Source of the DNA: Escherichia coli
GTDB taxonomy: Bacteria; Pseudomonadota; Gammaproteobacteria; Enterobacterales; Enterobacteriaceae
Assembly (NCBI RefSeq): GCF_041886205.1
Contig: NZ_CP169029.1
Length of the DNA: 64,000 bases
Direction: 5' to 3' (one strand)
Shown here in pieces: positions 1-13,146 of this stretch; the stretch's first letter is position 1; every line of letters begins with the position of its first letter. The position numbers were made by a program, and so were the translations under genes. Under the pieces are notes generated by a model. That model saw only the letters and a program-made list of their open reading frames with translations. It was not told where the DNA came from and made no database searches.

Positions 1-88
1 TTACCGCCCGCATCCTTATGTTCGCCATCTTGCCAGCGTAGGTGAAGGGATGGTTATCGAACACCAGATTGACGACCATCACCATTAA
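1..88 (+). CDS. 3' end of an upstream ORF convergent with mdfA (partial; possibly ybjH by synteny)
   Basis: Only frame open from window start; stop TAA at 86-88, followed by stem-loop and T-tract. Too short to recognise the product. Confidence 0.3.
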   Translation, partial: YRPHPYVRHLASVGEGMVIEHQIDDHHH

Positions 89-95
89 TTCGAGA

Positions 96-130
96 ATGCC
101 TGATCGCACAAAGCAGTCAGGCATTTTTTT
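96..130. terminator. Bidirectional intrinsic terminator between upstream ORF and mdfA
   Basis: Perfect 9-bp stem aatgcctga/tcaggcatt (96-103 / 117-125), 13-nt loop, then 7 T; lies immediately 3' of the mdfA stop. Confidence 0.6.
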
Positions 131-1361
131 ACCCTTCGTGAGAATTTCCCATCTGTTTATCTTTTAAAAAGATAACCATCAGCGACAGCCACAAAATTCC
201 GTTGACAAGGTTGAAGAGATTAAACAGTCCGTTGCCCCCGTTCAGCCAGGCATGTTTGCTGATTTCAATACCAACGGTAAAGATCAGCATTTGCAGCATT
301 CCCATCGCCGCAGAAACCGTACCTTTACTCATATCGCTGGCAAACAGGGTTAATCGCACCAGTCCCGCATTCGCCAGACCAATACCGAAAGCATAAATAC
401 TTAACCCGGCAGTCATCCATAAATACGCGTGCGATGAGATAACCGTTGCCGCAGCAGCGACCAACAGACCAATCATAATCGGCCAGCCGCCCATAATTAT
501 CAGCGAACGTACGGTGCGGCGCGAGGTCAGACGCGCTAACAGCAAGTTACCCGCAATTAACGCCCCGAAAATAGGCACTTGCAGCAAGCCATATTCATAG
601 CTGCTCAACTGCTCGCCGGTAATGATGATAATCGGCGACTGGGCGATCCACGCCAGCAATGGCAGGCTAACGAATCCCAGCGCCAGCGCCCCCGCCACAA
701 AGCGGCCGTTCTTCAGCACCAGCTTATAGTCACGACCGAGTTCTTTCAGTGACAGTTTCTCGCCTATACGCGTGGCGGTTTCAGGCATAGCTCGTTGCAG
801 ACCGAAAAAGGAGATCGCTGCCAATGCGGCAAACAAAACAAACATCCCCTCCCAGGGCAGCACATGGATCCACGCCGCGCCCACCAGCGGACCAAGTAGC
901 GGAGCAATCAGCGCCACGTTCGCCATCAGCGCGGTGATCTTGATACAAACCGCCTCTTCGAAGGATTCCTGAATTGCGGCGTATCCCACAGCGCCAATGA
1001 AACAGAGGCTTATGCCCTGCAAGAAGCGCAACAGAGTGAATTGTTCAATGTTTTGCGCCAGTAATATTGCCAGACAGGTGATGATAAACCACACCACCCC
1101 CGCCAGCATCACCGGACGGCGACCAATACGATCCGACAGCGGCCCCAGGAGCCATTGTAAAAACATCCCGCCCGCCAGATATGCGGTCATTGAAGTAGGA
1201 ACCCAATCAATGCCCGCCTGATATTGTTCCACCACGGCCAACATACCGGGTTGAATCATATCGTTGCCGATATAGGTTGAAAATTCGTAAAGCACCAGAC
1301 AGAGAGGGAAAAGTAACGCCTGACGTCCAAGCCTGGCACCGGAAGCTAATTTATTTTGCAT
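129..1361 (-). CDS. mdfA: MFS multidrug efflux transporter MdfA (Cmr)
   Basis: 410-aa ORF; translation recognised as E. coli MdfA from start [14 protein letters not shown] onward; 12-TM-like hydrophobic profile. Confidence 0.95.
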   Translation of the reverse strand: MQNKLASGARLGRQALLFPLCLVLYEFSTYIGNDMIQPGMLAVVEQYQAGIDWVPTSMTAYLAGGMFLQWLLGPLSDRIGRRPVMLAGVVWFIITCLAILLAQNIEQFTLLRFLQGISLCFIGAVGYAAIQESFEEAVCIKITALMANVALIAPLLGPLVGAAWIHVLPWEGMFVLFAALAAISFFGLQRAMPETATRIGEKLSLKELGRDYKLVLKNGRFVAGALALGFVSLPLLAWIAQSPIIIITGEQLSSYEYGLLQVPIFGALIAGNLLLARLTSRRTVRSLIIMGGWPIMIGLLVAAAATVISSHAYLWMTAGLSIYAFGIGLANAGLVRLTLFASDMSKGTVSAAMGMLQMLIFTVGIEISKHAWLNGGNGLFNLFNLVNGILWLSLMVIFLKDKQMGNSHEG

Positions 1362-1645
1362 GCAATTTCTTCGCCAATAATAATCGCGCAGAGTTTAATA
1401 AAAGCGCAGCTAACGAGAAAGCGAATTTTGTAGCTGAAACCACGGTTAAGCACATTCTTACATTATTGCGAGTATAGCTACGCTTTCTTTAAGTTTTATT
1501 TAACCTATGCCCGTTACAATCACCCACCGTAAACAGGCCGCTTGAGGGAAATAAGACGATGCCGCTTTACCCAGTTTAACCTGCACTTTATTCTCAACGA
1601 CTTGCCTGTATTGGCTCCCTTTTAATCACTTTGCGTCGGGAAGTT

Positions 1646-2242
1646 ATGCTGGAAAATTTGAATCTCTCTCTATTCTCTCTTATTAACGCGACGCCAGACT
1701 CGGCTCCGTGGATGATCTCGTTGGCGATTTTTATTGCTAAAGATTTGATTACCGTGGTGCCGCTGCTGGCCGCGGTACTTTGGTTGTGGGGGCTTACAGC
1801 ACAACGGCAACTGGTGATAAAAATCGCTATCGCGCTGGCGGTCAGCCTGTTTGTGTCCTGGACGATGGGACATCTTTTTCCGCACGACCGCCCCTTTGTC
1901 GAAAATATCGGCTATAACTTCCTGCATCATGCGGCGGATGACTCATTCCCAAGCGACCACGGTACGGTGATTTTCACCTTTGCACTGGCATTTTTATGCT
2001 GGCATCGTCTGTGGTCCGGCTCACTTTTAATGGTGCTGGCCGTCGTCATTGCCTGGTCGCGCGTTTATCTTGGCGTCCACTGGCCGCTGGATATGCTCGG
2101 TGGATTGCTGGCAGGTATGATTGGCTGCCTTAGCGCCCAGATTATCTGGCAAGCGATAGGGCATAAACTCTATCAACGTCTGCAATCGTGGTATCGCTTC
2201 TGTTTTGCATTACCGATCCGCAAAGGCTGGGTGCGTGACTGA
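1646..2242 (+). CDS. ybjG: Undecaprenyl-pyrophosphate phosphatase YbjG (PAP2 family)
   Basis: ORF matches YbjG from MLENLNLSLF; PAP2 motifs PSDHG and SRVYLGVHWPLD; ORF-track start at 1631 is likely an upstream extension. Confidence 0.9.
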   Translation: MLENLNLSLFSLINATPDSAPWMISLAIFIAKDLITVVPLLAAVLWLWGLTAQRQLVIKIAIALAVSLFVSWTMGHLFPHDRPFVENIGYNFLHHAADDSFPSDHGTVIFTFALAFLCWHRLWSGSLLMVLAVVIAWSRVYLGVHWPLDMLGGLLAGMIGCLSAQIIWQAIGHKLYQRLQSWYRFCFALPIRKGWVRD

Positions 2243-2299
2243 TCTCTGCTAAAAAGTGTAGTATTGAGCGGCTCGCTTCAATAACTATTCAGAGGGATT

Positions 2300-3058
2300 A
2301 TGGAAACACGTCGCGAAGAGCGTATCGGGCAGCTGCTGCAAGAATTAAAACGCAGCGATAAGTTACATCTTAAAGACGCCGCCGCCCTGCTTGGGGTTTC
2401 GGAGATGACGATTCGTCGCGATCTGAACAACCACAGTGCGCCCGTCGTTTTGCTCGGCGGCTATATTGTTCTGGAACCGCGCAGTGCCAGCCATTACCTG
2501 TTAAGCGATCAAAAATCCCGCCTGGTGGAAGAAAAACGCCGGGCGGCAAAACTGGCTGCGACACTGGTAGAACCCGATCAGACTCTCTTTTTTGACTGTG
2601 GCACCACCACGCCGTGGATTATTGAAGCGATTGATAATGAAATCCCTTTTACCGCCGTTTGTTATTCGCTAAATACCTTTCTGGCGCTGAAAGAGAAACC
2701 CCATTGCCGCGCATTTCTGTGCGGTGGTGAATTTCACGCCAGCAACGCCATTTTCAAACCCATCGATTTTCAGCAAACGTTGAATAATTTTTGCCCGGAT
2801 ATCGCTTTTTATTCCGCGGCGGGCGTGCATGTCAGTAAAGGCGCTACCTGTTTCAATCTTGAAGAGTTGCCGGTAAAACACTGGGCCATGTCGATGGCGC
2901 AAAAGCATGTGCTGGTTGTCGACCACAGTAAATTTGGCAAGGTGCGTCCGGCGCGCATGGGTGACCTGAAACGCTTTGATATTGTGGTGAGTGATTGTTG
3001 CCCGGAAGATGAGTATGTGAAGTACGCGCAGACGCAGCGTATTAAGTTGATGTATTAA
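2300..3058 (+). CDS. deoR: DeoR deoxyribose operon repressor
   Basis: 252-aa ORF with N-terminal HTH (LGVSEMTIRRDL) and DeoR C-terminal sugar-phosphate-binding domain; synteny. Confidence 0.9.
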   Translation: METRREERIGQLLQELKRSDKLHLKDAAALLGVSEMTIRRDLNNHSAPVVLLGGYIVLEPRSASHYLLSDQKSRLVEEKRRAAKLAATLVEPDQTLFFDCGTTTPWIIEAIDNEIPFTAVCYSLNTFLALKEKPHCRAFLCGGEFHASNAIFKPIDFQQTLNNFCPDIAFYSAAGVHVSKGATCFNLEELPVKHWAMSMAQKHVLVVDHSKFGKVRPARMGDLKRFDIVVSDCCPEDEYVKYAQTQRIKLMY

Positions 3059-3065
3059 TGACGTA

Positions 3066-3098
3066 TAACCGGATGACGTTTCGCGCCATCCGGTTATC
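3066..3098. terminator. Stem-loop between convergent deoR and dacC
   Basis: Perfect 11-bp stem ataaccggatg/catccggttat; no strong T-tract, so may act as a REP-like or bidirectional terminator. Confidence 0.45.
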
Positions 3099-3104
3099 AG
3101 AAGA

Positions 3105-4310
3105 TTAAGAGAACCAGCTGCCGAACCACTGATGGAATTTCATCATCACGAAATCCCACATCCGACCAAAGAATCCGCCCTCTTCCACATTTTCCATCAC
3201 GATCAGCGGACGCTGCTCAATGGATTTACCGTTAAGCTGGAAATCAATGGTCCCGACAACCTGACCTTTTTTCAGCGGTGCGGTAAGCTGCGGTTCCGTT
3301 AACGTGTAGCTCGCCTTCAGGTTTTTCAGCTGCCCACGCGGTATGGTCACGGAGCCCGCTTCGCCTGCCCCGAGATTCACTTCGCTCTTATCACCAAACC
3401 AGACGCGCTGAGTCACAAAGGTGGCATCAGGTTTAATTGGCGTCACAGTTTCAAAGAAGCGGAAACCCCAGGTCAATAATTTCTCAGACTCATTAAAACG
3501 GATACGGTCGGTTTTCGCCCCCAGCACTACGGAGATTAAACGCATATCGCCCTGGGTAGCCGAAGCAACCAGATTATATCCCGCGCCTGCCGTGGTTCCT
3601 GTCTTCATGCCATCAACATTCAGATTGCTGCTCCACAGCAGACGGTTACGGTTAGGCTGACGAATTTTGTTGAAGGTGAACTCTTTCTCTTTATGAATGG
3701 CGTACTCTTCCGGCACATCGTGGATCAATGCTTTGCCCAGCAATGCCATATCGCGCGCGGTACTGAACTGCCCCGGCGCATCCAGACCGTGCACCGTCTG
3801 GAAGGTAGTGTTGGTCAGACCCAGTTTTTTGGCATAACCATTCATCAAACCAATAAATGACTCCTGGCTCCCGGCAACGTAATCGGCCAGCGCAATACAG
3901 GCGTCATTACCGGACTGGATAATCACACCTTTGTTCAAGTCTGCCACCGAAACCTGATCGCCCGGTTTGAGGAACATTACCGATGAACCACGCAGTGCCG
4001 GATTTCCCGTCGCCCAGGCATCTTTACCGACCGTCACCATATCGGTGAGTTTAATCTTATCGGCCTTAAGCGCCTGCCCAACCACATAGCTGGTCATGAT
4101 TTTAGTCAGGCTCGCGGGATCCAGTTTCTCATCCGCGTTGCCTTCTGCCAGCACTTTACCGCTGGCGTAATCCATTAAAATCCATGCACGCGCATCCACG
4201 CTCGGCGCTTCAACGGTTTGTTCCGCCGCGAATGCCGTTGGGGCAAAAAGGAATAAAAATGCAGAACCCGCTGCAAGACCACGAAGGAGAGAGGAGTATT
4301 GCGTCATAAA
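3105..4310 (-). CDS. dacC: D-alanyl-D-alanine carboxypeptidase PBP6 (DacC)
   Basis: Signal peptide then SxxK (SLTK), SGN and KTG motifs; start placed at [10 protein letters not shown] rather than the ORF-track extension. Confidence 0.9.
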   Translation of the reverse strand, partial: FMTQYSSLLRGLAAGSAFLFLFAPTAFAAEQTVEAPSVDARAWILMDYASGKVLAEGNADEKLDPASLTKIMTSYVVGQALKADKIKLTDMVTVGKDAWATGNPALRGSSVMFLKPGDQVSVADLNKGVIIQSGNDACIALADYVAGSQESFIGLMNGYAKKLGLTNTTFQTVHGLDAPGQFSTARDMALLGKALIHDVPEEYAIHKEKEFTFNKIRQPNRNRLLWSSNLNVDGMKTGTTAGAGYNLVASATQGDMRLISVVLGAKTDRIRFNESEKLLTWGFRFFETVTPIKPDATFVTQRVWFGDKSEVNLGAGEAGSVTIPRGQLKNLKASYTLTEPQLTAPLKKGQVVGTIDFQLNGKSIEQRPLIVMENVEEGGFFGRMWDFVMMKFHQWFGSWFS

Positions 4311-4553
4311 TGCCACCCGAGTATCCATTCAAAAAAAATACGTTATATCGCCGTATGATAAGTTCGGTGATTAATAACGCACACACAAACTTAAAGAAAC
4401 CGTAAGTTGGTAAAGTTTTTAAAGTTTATGCAATATCCTGCCGCTTCGCTGCTTCTGGTGTCATTTTTTTGCCAGCTGTTGCTTAAAAGTTAACTTTACT
4501 TCACCATCGGAGTCCTGTTCAGCCTGTGGCTGCCTGTCGGAAAAGGGGTGAGT

Positions 4554-5180
4554 ATGATTACGCTGTGGGGTCGGAATAATTCAACTAACGTAAAAAAAGT
4601 ATTGCTGACGCTCGAAGAACTGGAACTACCTTATGAGCAAATTCTCGCGGGCCGTGAGTTTGGGATAAATCACGATGCTGATTTTCTGGCGATGAACCCT
4701 AACGGGCTGGTGCCGTTGTTGCGTGACGACGAAAGTGATCTCATTCTTTGGGAATCAAACGCCATTGTCCGCTATCTGGCGGCACAGTACGGGCAAAAAC
4801 GCCTGTGGATCGACTCACCGGCACGTCGTGCGGAAGCGGAAAAATGGATGGACTGGGCAAACCAGACGCTCAGTAATGCTCATCGCGGGATCCTGATGGG
4901 ATTAGTCAGAACACCACCGGAAGAGCGCGATCAGGCCGCCATTGATGCCAGTTGCAAAGAGTGCGACGCCCTGTTTGCCCTGCTCGATGCGGAACTGGCA
5001 AAAGTAAAATGGTTCTCTGGCGACGAGTTTGGTGTGGGCGATATCGCTATCGCACCGTTCATCTACAATTTGTTTAACGTTGGCCTGACCTGGACACCGC
5101 GTCCAAATCTGCAACGCTGGTATCAGCAACTCACTGAACGCCCCGCAGTGCGCAAAGTGGTGATGATTCCCGTTAGCTAA
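4554..5180 (+). CDS. gstB: Glutathione S-transferase GstB (YliJ)
   Basis: GST fold; translation matches E. coli GstB from [13 protein letters not shown] at 4554 preferred over GTG at 4548. Confidence 0.85.
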
Positions 5181-6292
5181 TTGCGTGGGCTAACTTTAAG
5201 TAATTCCCCACTGGACTCGTCGGTGAGAACGTATAAATAACCGTCGGGTCCAGTGCGAACATCACGAATTCGCTGCCCTCTGTCCGTTAAAATACGGCCA
5301 TCTTCTGTCACTTTGTCGCCGTTGACGCTCATCACAATGACATCTTTATCTTTCAGCGCGCCAATAAATAATTTTTGCTGCCACTGGGGGAATTTATCGC
5401 TGTTATAGAAGGCCATGCCGCTCACAGCGGGCGAATCTTTCCAGTAAAAAACAGGTTGCTCGGTCCCGGCGACGATCTCCCCTTTCGCTTCCGGTATCTT
5501 AAAGCCTGAATAGTTGATTCCCCAGGTTGCCAGCGGCCAGCCGTAGTTTTTGCCTTTTTGCGGGATATTAATTTCATCACCACCGCGCGGGCCATGTTCA
5601 TTCAGCCACAGTGCATTACTCCACGGATTCATCGCCATTCCTTGCGGATTACGAATGCCATAAGACCAGATCTCGGCGCGCGCACCGGATTCCTTTATAA
5701 AAGGATTATCATCCGGGATTTCGCCCTGGTCGGTCAGACGCACCAGTTTGCCCTGTAATTTATCCAGATCCTGCGCCGTCGGGCGCTGATTGTTTTCGCC
5801 CAGAGCAATAAAAAGATAACCTTTACCGTCGAATACCAGCCGCCCGCCAAAATGGTTGCCGGTAGACAGTTTTGGCATCTGGCGAAAGACGGTGCGGAAG
5901 TCGGTCACTTTTGAGAGATCATCACTTAAGCGGCCATAACCCACAGCAGTTCCGGCTTTGCCATCATCGCCAACTTCGGAATAACTTAACCAGATGCGGC
6001 GAGACTGAGCAAAATCAGGCGCTAAAACCACGTCCAGCAGGCCGCCCTGCCCGTGCGCCCAAACGTCCGGCACTCCGGAAAGCGGCGCAGATAATCCTTT
6101 TCCTGCTTGCCAGTGACGCAACTCGCCGCCGCGCAGAGTGATTAACATACCGTGATTATCGGGTAAAAAGGCCAGTGACCAGGGATGGTCGAGTTTGTCT
6201 TGCAGTACTTCGACATTTACCGTTGCAGGAGCCGCCCAGAGAGCGGAAGAAAGACAAATAAGGGGCACAAGGAAAAAGAATGGTCGATGCAT
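5177..6292 (-). CDS. yliI: Soluble aldose sugar dehydrogenase YliI (PQQ-dependent beta-propeller)
   Basis: 371-aa secreted protein with signal peptide; synteny and recognised YliI sequence. Confidence 0.85.
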
Positions 6293-6402
6293 AACGCCTC
6301 CGGATTGACTCTGGCTTAAAGCGTAGTCAGTGGAGGAGATAACAAATTCATTTTTACAAAAACTTAAACATGAAGGGGGAGACGCTTTCTCCCCCTTAGT
6401 TT

Positions 6403-6786
6403 TCAGGCCTTCTCAAGCATGGCGTGCTTCTGCAGGCTCTGGATACTCAGCGTTAAGCTCATCAGACAATTTTCAAGCTTATCGGCGTTGACGGTAATAA
6501 CAGTCGGGCAATCATGGTGCCCACTCATCAAACATACTGCGGCTGTCGCTAATGCTTCTTCAGCATGATGAAGAGCACTCCACTCTTCCTGATCCAGATG
6601 AAGATTCAACCGCAGCGATTTATCGTGCAGTTCGCGATTCAGTTTAAAAAAGTTATCTCGTAGATGATTGCTTTCGCTGACGGACATGTATCCTTTTGCC
6701 TTCCTCAGTTGCACGTATGCGGCGAGGTCAACGCGTGCGTCGATCAACCGGTTCAGCAGATCGATTCGCTGTCTGTCAACGAACAT
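6403..6786 (-). CDS. bssR: Biofilm regulator BssR (YliH)
   Basis: Matches BssR from MFVDRQRIDLLNRL; ORF-track N-terminal 11 codons treated as an extension. Confidence 0.8.
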   Translation of the reverse strand: MFVDRQRIDLLNRLIDARVDLAAYVQLRKAKGYMSVSESNHLRDNFFKLNRELHDKSLRLNLHLDQEEWSALHHAEEALATAAVCLMSGHHDCPTVITVNADKLENCLMSLTLSIQSLQKHAMLEKA

Positions 6787-6998
6787 ACTTCGATCCTCCT
6801 CTTTCCAGCCTTGTTGCAATTAAATAGTATGGCTATTTTTTGAGCAAAATGCTGTCCAGGATCAATTCTTCACGCCGAATTAACAAAATTTACATTTCCT
6901 TCGCCTCCGCCAGCGAATGAGATTGCGATACAAATTTTATCCAGAACTCTGTAGAATCCCTGCCCTGACCTTTCCTGTAACTGAATATTTTTTAAGCT

Positions 6999-8324
6999 AT
7001 GAGCAAAGTAACTCCCCAGCCGAAAATCGGCTTTGTTTCCCTTGGCTGTCCGAAAAACCTTGTTGATTCAGAGCGTATTCTCACCGAACTCCGCACTGAA
7101 GGTTATGACGTGGTACCGAGCTATGACGATGCGGACATGGTGATCGTCAACACCTGCGGCTTTATTGACAGCGCGGTACAAGAATCACTGGAAGCCATTG
7201 GTGAAGCGTTGAATGAAAACGGCAAGGTTATTGTGACCGGTTGTCTGGGGGCAAAAGAAGATCAGATCCGCGAAGTCCACCCGAAAGTGCTGGAAATCAC
7301 CGGGCCTCATAGCTATGAGCAGGTTCTGGAGCACGTTCATCACTACGTGCCGAAACCGAAACACAACCCATTCCTGAGCCTGGTGCCAGAACAAGGTGTG
7401 AAACTGACGCCGCGTCATTATGCCTATCTGAAAATTTCTGAAGGCTGTAATCACCGCTGCACCTTCTGCATTATTCCGTCTATGCGCGGCGACCTGGTGA
7501 GCCGTCCGATTGGCGAAGTGTTAAGTGAAGCGAAACGTCTGGTAGATGCGGGCGTTAAAGAGATTCTGGTGATCTCGCAGGATACTTCCGCCTATGGCGT
7601 TGATGTTAAACATCGTACTGGCTTCCACAACGGCGAGCCGGTAAAAACCAGCATGGTCAGCCTGTGCGAACAGTTATCGAAACTGGGGATCTGGACACGT
7701 CTGCACTACGTTTACCCTTATCCGCATGTGGACGACGTCATCCCACTGATGGCAGAAGGCAAAATCCTGCCGTATCTGGACATTCCGTTGCAGCACGCCA
7801 GCCCGCGCATTCTCAAACTGATGAAGCGTCCGGGTTCTGTAGATCGCCAACTGGCGCGCATCAAACAGTGGCGCGAAATCTGCCCGGAACTGACCCTACG
7901 CTCAACCTTTATTGTCGGCTTCCCTGGCGAGACGGAAGAAGATTTCCAGATGCTACTCGACTTCCTGAAAGAAGCGCGTCTGGATCGCGTTGGCTGCTTT
8001 AAATACAGCCCGGTTGAAGGTGCAGACGCCAATGCCCTGCCTGACCAGGTTCCGGAAGAAGTGAAAGAAGAACGCTGGAACCGTTTCATGCAGCTGCAGC
8101 AGCAGATTTCCGCCGAGCGCCTGCAAGAGAAAGTGGGCCGTAAAATTCTGGTGATTATCGACGAAGTGGACGAAGAAGGCGCAATTGGTCGCAGCATGGC
8201 AGATGCACCGGAAATCGACGGCGCGGTTTATCTCAATGGTGAAACCAACGTTAAGCCGGGTGATATCCTGCGTGTGAAAGTCGAGCACGCCGATGAGTAC
8301 GATTTGTGGGGTAGCCGGGTTTAA
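6999..8324 (+). CDS. rimO: Ribosomal protein S12 methylthiotransferase RimO
   Basis: Radical-SAM CxxxCxxC (CNHRCTFC), MTTase N-terminal domain and TRAM C-terminus; 441 aa. Confidence 0.92.
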   Translation: MSKVTPQPKIGFVSLGCPKNLVDSERILTELRTEGYDVVPSYDDADMVIVNTCGFIDSAVQESLEAIGEALNENGKVIVTGCLGAKEDQIREVHPKVLEITGPHSYEQVLEHVHHYVPKPKHNPFLSLVPEQGVKLTPRHYAYLKISEGCNHRCTFCIIPSMRGDLVSRPIGEVLSEAKRLVDAGVKEILVISQDTSAYGVDVKHRTGFHNGEPVKTSMVSLCEQLSKLGIWTRLHYVYPYPHVDDVIPLMAEGKILPYLDIPLQHASPRILKLMKRPGSVDRQLARIKQWREICPELTLRSTFIVGFPGETEEDFQMLLDFLKEARLDRVGCFKYSPVEGADANALPDQVPEEVKEERWNRFMQLQQQISAERLQEKVGRKILVIIDEVDEEGAIGRSMADAPEIDGAVYLNGETNVKPGDILRVKVEHADEYDLWGSRV

Positions 8325-8330
8325 TTAATT

Positions 8331-8360
8331 CAGGCCGGGCAAAATCATTTGTCCGGCCTG
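8331..8360. terminator. Stem-loop between convergent rimO and dgcI
   Basis: 8-bp GC-rich stem caggccgg/ccggcctg with about 14-nt loop; flanked by A/T-rich sequence. Confidence 0.45.
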
Positions 8361-8370
8361 CGAATAATGA

Positions 8371-9699
8371 TTACTGCCAGCTAATCTGTGCCCTGCCGTT
8401 TTTCTTACTCTTATACAGCCGCTCATCCGCCAGCATTTTCAAGCGTTCGACGGTAGGACATTCATTTGAATGTGCTACACCGATACTGGTACTTAAATTA
8501 ATGCTTCCCACCTGGAAATGAACGATTTCTTTTAGAATCGATAGCAACTCTTCCAGCGTTCCACCCGTATAAATCACCGCAAATTCGTCACCGCCGAAGC
8601 GGTAGACTTTACCTTTATCTACCGGGATCTGTGATTTAAGGATTTTCACCACTTTCATCAACACTTCATCGCCCAGCAAATGACCGAAGGTGTCGTTAAT
8701 GTTTTTGAATTTATCGACGTCAAACAGGCACAAATAACCGCCTTTTTCCGGCAGCGCTTTTAAATCTTCGTCAAAGGATTTTCTGCCCATTGCTTTGGTC
8801 AGGTCGTCCAGGAACGCCGAGTTATACATACTGTAGAGTTTTTTGACATCGGCAGCCGAAAAGAAAAGCCCGCCATCCAGTACGCGTTCAAAATGGTTAT
8901 TAATGATGGCTTCTTTCTCCACAATACCACGATTAATCACTCTGCGTACCAGATAGAGGCAACTGGCACCCGATATCACTGCCACCAATGCGGCAAAGAA
9001 AATAATCAATGTACAAACCCGCAAATAAACATCTTTTTTATACGCAAATACATACAATCCGGTCGGCAAATAGGCGAAGTGCTCCATCGCTTCCGAAACG
9101 GTGAAGATGGCGTTTTTAGCATTATATTCATCACCGGTCACCGGTTTACCGTTCTTAAATAGAGAGAACATCAGGTTCTCGCTGTCCATCGCCAGCGATT
9201 TTGACAGTAAAGAAAAACGCTCCAGACCAAGCAAAAATATCAGACTACGATTGTGAGTTACCGGATAGAGGTAATAGACGAAGGTTTTACCGTCAAAAGA
9301 GATAAACCCTGTATTTTTGACATGTCGATACTTCACAACCTGCATAATATCTGCACAATAATTTTTCTCGAACTCCTTTACCTGAATACATTCGTCACTG
9401 GAAATCAGATAAGGACCGACATCGTACAAATAAGAGGGGGAAACCGAGTCGGCGTAAGCTGTGCGCAAACCAACCAACAGCTGTTCCTCCGTGGGATTTA
9501 GCGTGTTGATAAGATCAATTGCCACGCTACGCCGATATTCAGCAATATTTGCCACCGCAAAAGCAGTATCAATAACGGACTGTTTCAGGCTATACACCCG
9601 TTCCTTTACCATTTGAGTGTAGATCCCGCAGGCAACTGCTGAAATCATGATAAAAATCAGCAGACTGACTGTAAGTACGAACTTATTGATTCTGGACAT
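8371..9699 (-). CDS. dgcI: Diguanylate cyclase DgcI (YliF), membrane-anchored GGDEF protein
   Basis: N-terminal TM plus periplasmic domain, C-terminal GGDEF domain (RFGGDEF present); synteny. Confidence 0.85.
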   Translation of the reverse strand: MSRINKFVLTVSLLIFIMISAVACGIYTQMVKERVYSLKQSVIDTAFAVANIAEYRRSVAIDLINTLNPTEEQLLVGLRTAYADSVSPSYLYDVGPYLISSDECIQVKEFEKNYCADIMQVVKYRHVKNTGFISFDGKTFVYYLYPVTHNRSLIFLLGLERFSLLSKSLAMDSENLMFSLFKNGKPVTGDEYNAKNAIFTVSEAMEHFAYLPTGLYVFAYKKDVYLRVCTLIIFFAALVAVISGASCLYLVRRVINRGIVEKEAIINNHFERVLDGGLFFSAADVKKLYSMYNSAFLDDLTKAMGRKSFDEDLKALPEKGGYLCLFDVDKFKNINDTFGHLLGDEVLMKVVKILKSQIPVDKGKVYRFGGDEFAVIYTGGTLEELLSILKEIVHFQVGSINLSTSIGVAHSNECPTVERLKMLADERLYKSKKNGRAQISWQ

Positions 9700-9706
9700 A
9701 CGTAAA

Positions 9707-12055
9707 CTACTCTTTTACTAATTTTCCACTTTTATCCCAGGCGGAGAATGGCATGGGTTTCTGGTACAGATACCCCTGAGCCTGAACACATCCTAATTTA
9801 ATTAATTCGCGCGCAACGTCTTCGCTCTCTACGCCTTCCGCAATCACCGGGATCCGGTTATAGCGTGCCAGATCGAAAATAATGCGCACAATTTTTCCCG
9901 CAGTACCGAAAATATCGCCGGTAAATTGCGAGTCCACCTTTATGCTGTCTGGATTAATTTCATAAAAACGTTTCAGGTTTGACAAACCGGTGCCAAAGTC
10001 ATCAATCGATATCCGTACCCCTTGTTTACGCAGTTGTTCAATATTGAGATAAAAATGTTCATTAATTCGCTCGATCACGGTTTCAGTGATCTCAACACAG
10101 AGGCTGTTCGCCTTCAGGCCATTTTCTTTCATGATGGTGGTAAAACACTCATGAAAGTGCGGTTCGTTTAACTGCCAGGGCGAAACATTAATATGCAGTA
10201 AGAAATCATCCTTCAGCGACGCACGCTGACTAAAATGTCTGAATTCACCCATTGCCGTTTTAATAATCTGATAACCCAGCTCATTGATAAACCCGATATC
10301 TTCAGCAATGGTAATGAACTTCAGCGGTGAAATGATCCCCCGCTCCGCAGAAACCCAACGGCACAACGCCTCCGCGCCCAGAATGGCGCGGGTGTTAATA
10401 TCAACGATCGGTTGATAGACGAGGAATAGTTCGCCAATTTCCATTGCATGGCGAATATTACGCGCAATCCAGATATTCTCTTCTATTTCGTTGAGTTTCG
10501 CGTCATCACAGAAAATAAACTCGGAGAACATATGGTCACGGATACTGGAAATCGCCAGTTTCAGTTTTTCTGCGTAACTCCAGGCGTTTTCCCCCTGCAA
10601 AGGTTCACAAATGGCAGACTTATGGATGCGCAGATTGCGGTAGCCAAAGCTGCTGTCAAAATCGTTTACCATCGCTATTTTACGGGTAAATGTCTGTACA
10701 TTTTCCCGACACAGAAGTAAATAGAGATCGGCATTGAATGTCACGATATCGCAGCATTGCGCATATTTCTCGGCAATTCGCTGACACAATTTCCTGACGA
10801 TTTTATTGCGTTCATCAACACCAAACACCGCTTCCACGGCTTCCAGACCACACAGTTTGATGATCCCCACAGCCAGATACTGATTATTGTTGGACTCAAT
10901 AATCGCCATATTTTTAATAAAACCGCTTTCCTGATCGTAAGAGATCAGTGAGAGCAATTTATTTGACCGTTCAATTTCGGCATCTTTCATTTCCGCGATC
11001 GAATTTTTGATGCTGATAATCTCTTTCGCATCGCCTTCGCGAATTTTCAGAGCCTCGATCTGATCCGTTGAGTCGGGCAAAAACGCCAGCGTATTAACCA
11101 GCTCGGTCATTTCAGAAAATTGCCGACGGAACACACGAGTGGTCATGAAATATACCACCAGCAACACGATAATAATGAACGCAAACGGTAGATAAAAAAG
11201 TTTATCTGATGCGTTCAATAAATTACCGCCAGGATAATAAAAATAGATTTCGAACAATGCATTATTTGGCACTGCTGATGTCTTTGCAATATACTCCGTA
11301 TCGACAGAATCAATAATATTATAATTACCTTCGCTATTATAAATAATCAGTTTTTCACGAGCGAGTTGATTCTTGGCAATGATCTCATGACCTTGTTTCA
11401 AAAATAGAACTTCATCATTAGCGCTGATTTGATCAAGATACTCGTTCAGATACCGCCAGTTTAAATCGACATGAATTTTATCTACCGCTAACAAATCGTG
11501 ATCTTTGCCGTTGATACGTAGCGTAAAAGAGATACATTTTTTACCCGGACGATCAAAGCAATTGTTTGCCGGATTCCAGCTGTTGTTAGAGTCATCTGAA
11601 GCCACCGACCACGGTCGTTTCGATGGGTTAAAATCGGCAAAAATAACCCGCCCTGACTCGTCGACAAGCGGTCCATTTACTTGTTCCTGATGATAAACAA
11701 CGATTTTATCATTCGCCCTCCGCGAAAAGAGATAATATTTATTATCATCAAGTACCAGTCCCACCGAGTCTAAAAATGGCATCATTTCCATTTTCAGAAT
11801 CACGGCGCGTTGAATCTCCTCTGTATTTTTTAATAAATACAGTGAGTCCTTTAATGTCAGGGCCGAACGTTCAATATCTTTAAAGAAATAGCCAACGTTT
11901 TTCTGAATAAGTTCAAAGCGGCTATCGGCACGTTTTACCGCGCGTTCCGATACCAGTTGATAGTTAATGATGAAAAAAAGACCAATAAATGACAGTGCTG
12001 CCAATAAAAATAAAATTATCAGCCTTATCTTTATCTTTTCGTATAAACTCAGCAT
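9707..12055 (-). CDS. pdeI: c-di-GMP phosphodiesterase PdeI (YliE), EAL domain
   Basis: Matches YliE from [13 protein letters not shown] verified at 12053-12055 on the complement; C-terminal EAL domain. Confidence 0.85.
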   Translation of the reverse strand: MLSLYEKIKIRLIILFLLAALSFIGLFFIINYQLVSERAVKRADSRFELIQKNVGYFFKDIERSALTLKDSLYLLKNTEEIQRAVILKMEMMPFLDSVGLVLDDNKYYLFSRRANDKIVVYHQEQVNGPLVDESGRVIFADFNPSKRPWSVASDDSNNSWNPANNCFDRPGKKCISFTLRINGKDHDLLAVDKIHVDLNWRYLNEYLDQISANDEVLFLKQGHEIIAKNQLAREKLIIYNSEGNYNIIDSVDTEYIAKTSAVPNNALFEIYFYYPGGNLLNASDKLFYLPFAFIIIVLLVVYFMTTRVFRRQFSEMTELVNTLAFLPDSTDQIEALKIREGDAKEIISIKNSIAEMKDAEIERSNKLLSLISYDQESGFIKNMAIIESNNNQYLAVGIIKLCGLEAVEAVFGVDERNKIVRKLCQRIAEKYAQCCDIVTFNADLYLLLCRENVQTFTRKIAMVNDFDSSFGYRNLRIHKSAICEPLQGENAWSYAEKLKLAISSIRDHMFSEFIFCDDAKLNEIEENIWIARNIRHAMEIGELFLVYQPIVDINTRAILGAEALCRWVSAERGIISPLKFITIAEDIGFINELGYQIIKTAMGEFRHFSQRASLKDDFLLHINVSPWQLNEPHFHECFTTIMKENGLKANSLCVEITETVIERINEHFYLNIEQLRKQGVRISIDDFGTGLSNLKRFYEINPDSIKVDSQFTGDIFGTAGKIVRIIFDLARYNRIPVIAEGVESEDVARELIKLGCVQAQGYLYQKPMPFSAWDKSGKLVKE

Positions 12056-12232
12056 GTTAATACATTTAACAAAATAACTATCTGAACGCTGTGCCGCTGC
12101 AAAAATAGTCCCTTGCTGCGGCTTTTTAACCAAATTACCCGATTCTACAAAATCAGCAGAAAGTTACAACACTTGCTTAGGGCAATAATTTCCTGTGAGG
12201 TGATTACCCTTTTAAGCAATATTCAAACGTAA

Positions 12233-13144
12233 CTATCCTTTAATTTTCGGATCCAGCGCATCGCGTAAACCATCGCCCAACAAATTGAACGCCAGTACGG
12301 TCAGAAAAATAGCCAGGGCCGGAAAAACAGCGACATGCGGCGCGATAACCATATCCGCTCGTGCCTCATTGAGCATTGCTCCCCACTCTGGTGTCGGCGG
12401 CTGCGCACCGAGGCCGAGAAATGACAGGCTGGCGGCAGAGATAATCGAGGTGCCAATGCGCATGGTGAAAAACACCACGATAGACGAGACGGTCCCAGGC
12501 AAGATATGACGCAATAAAATGGTCATATCGCTGGCACCAATACTGCGTGCTGACTCAATAAAGGTTTGCTGTTTCAACACCAGCGTGTTGCCGCGCACCA
12601 GTCGGGCAAACGCGGGGATGGAAAAAATGGCGACTGCGATAATCACGTTAGCAATGCCGCTTCCCAACACCGCAACAACAGCGATCGCCAGTAAAATACC
12701 CGGGAAGGCAAACAGCACATCGCAAATGCGCATGATCAGCCGATCCCACCAGCCTTCATAATATCCAGCCAACAAGCCCAGCAACGTCCCGATCGCCGCA
12801 CCGATAAACACGGCAAACACGCCCGCCGCCAGCGAGATTTGCGCACCAACCAGGACACGGCTGAAAATGTCACGCCCCAGTGAATCGACGCCAAACCAGT
12901 GCTGCAAAGAAGGTCCGTTATTCAGGTTGTCATAATCAAAATAATTTTCGGCGTCATAGGGAGCGATCCAGCGTGCAAAAATGGCCACCACAATCAATAA
13001 AATAACGAATAATGCGGCGGTCATCGCCATATGCTGACGGCGAAATCGTCGCCAGAATTCATGCCACGGTGTACGCACCTGGTCAGGTTTGACCAGTGGC
13101 ATGGCGTTTAACACCGCCTGACGTCGCCAGTTAAATAGTCGCAT
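12233..13144 (-). CDS. gsiD: Glutathione ABC transporter permease GsiD
   Basis: ABC permease with EAA-like loop; synteny in gsiABCD operon. Confidence 0.9.
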   Translation of the reverse strand: MRLFNWRRQAVLNAMPLVKPDQVRTPWHEFWRRFRRQHMAMTAALFVILLIVVAIFARWIAPYDAENYFDYDNLNNGPSLQHWFGVDSLGRDIFSRVLVGAQISLAAGVFAVFIGAAIGTLLGLLAGYYEGWWDRLIMRICDVLFAFPGILLAIAVVAVLGSGIANVIIAVAIFSIPAFARLVRGNTLVLKQQTFIESARSIGASDMTILLRHILPGTVSSIVVFFTMRIGTSIISAASLSFLGLGAQPPTPEWGAMLNEARADMVIAPHVAVFPALAIFLTVLAFNLLGDGLRDALDPKIKG

Positions 13145-13146
13145 CC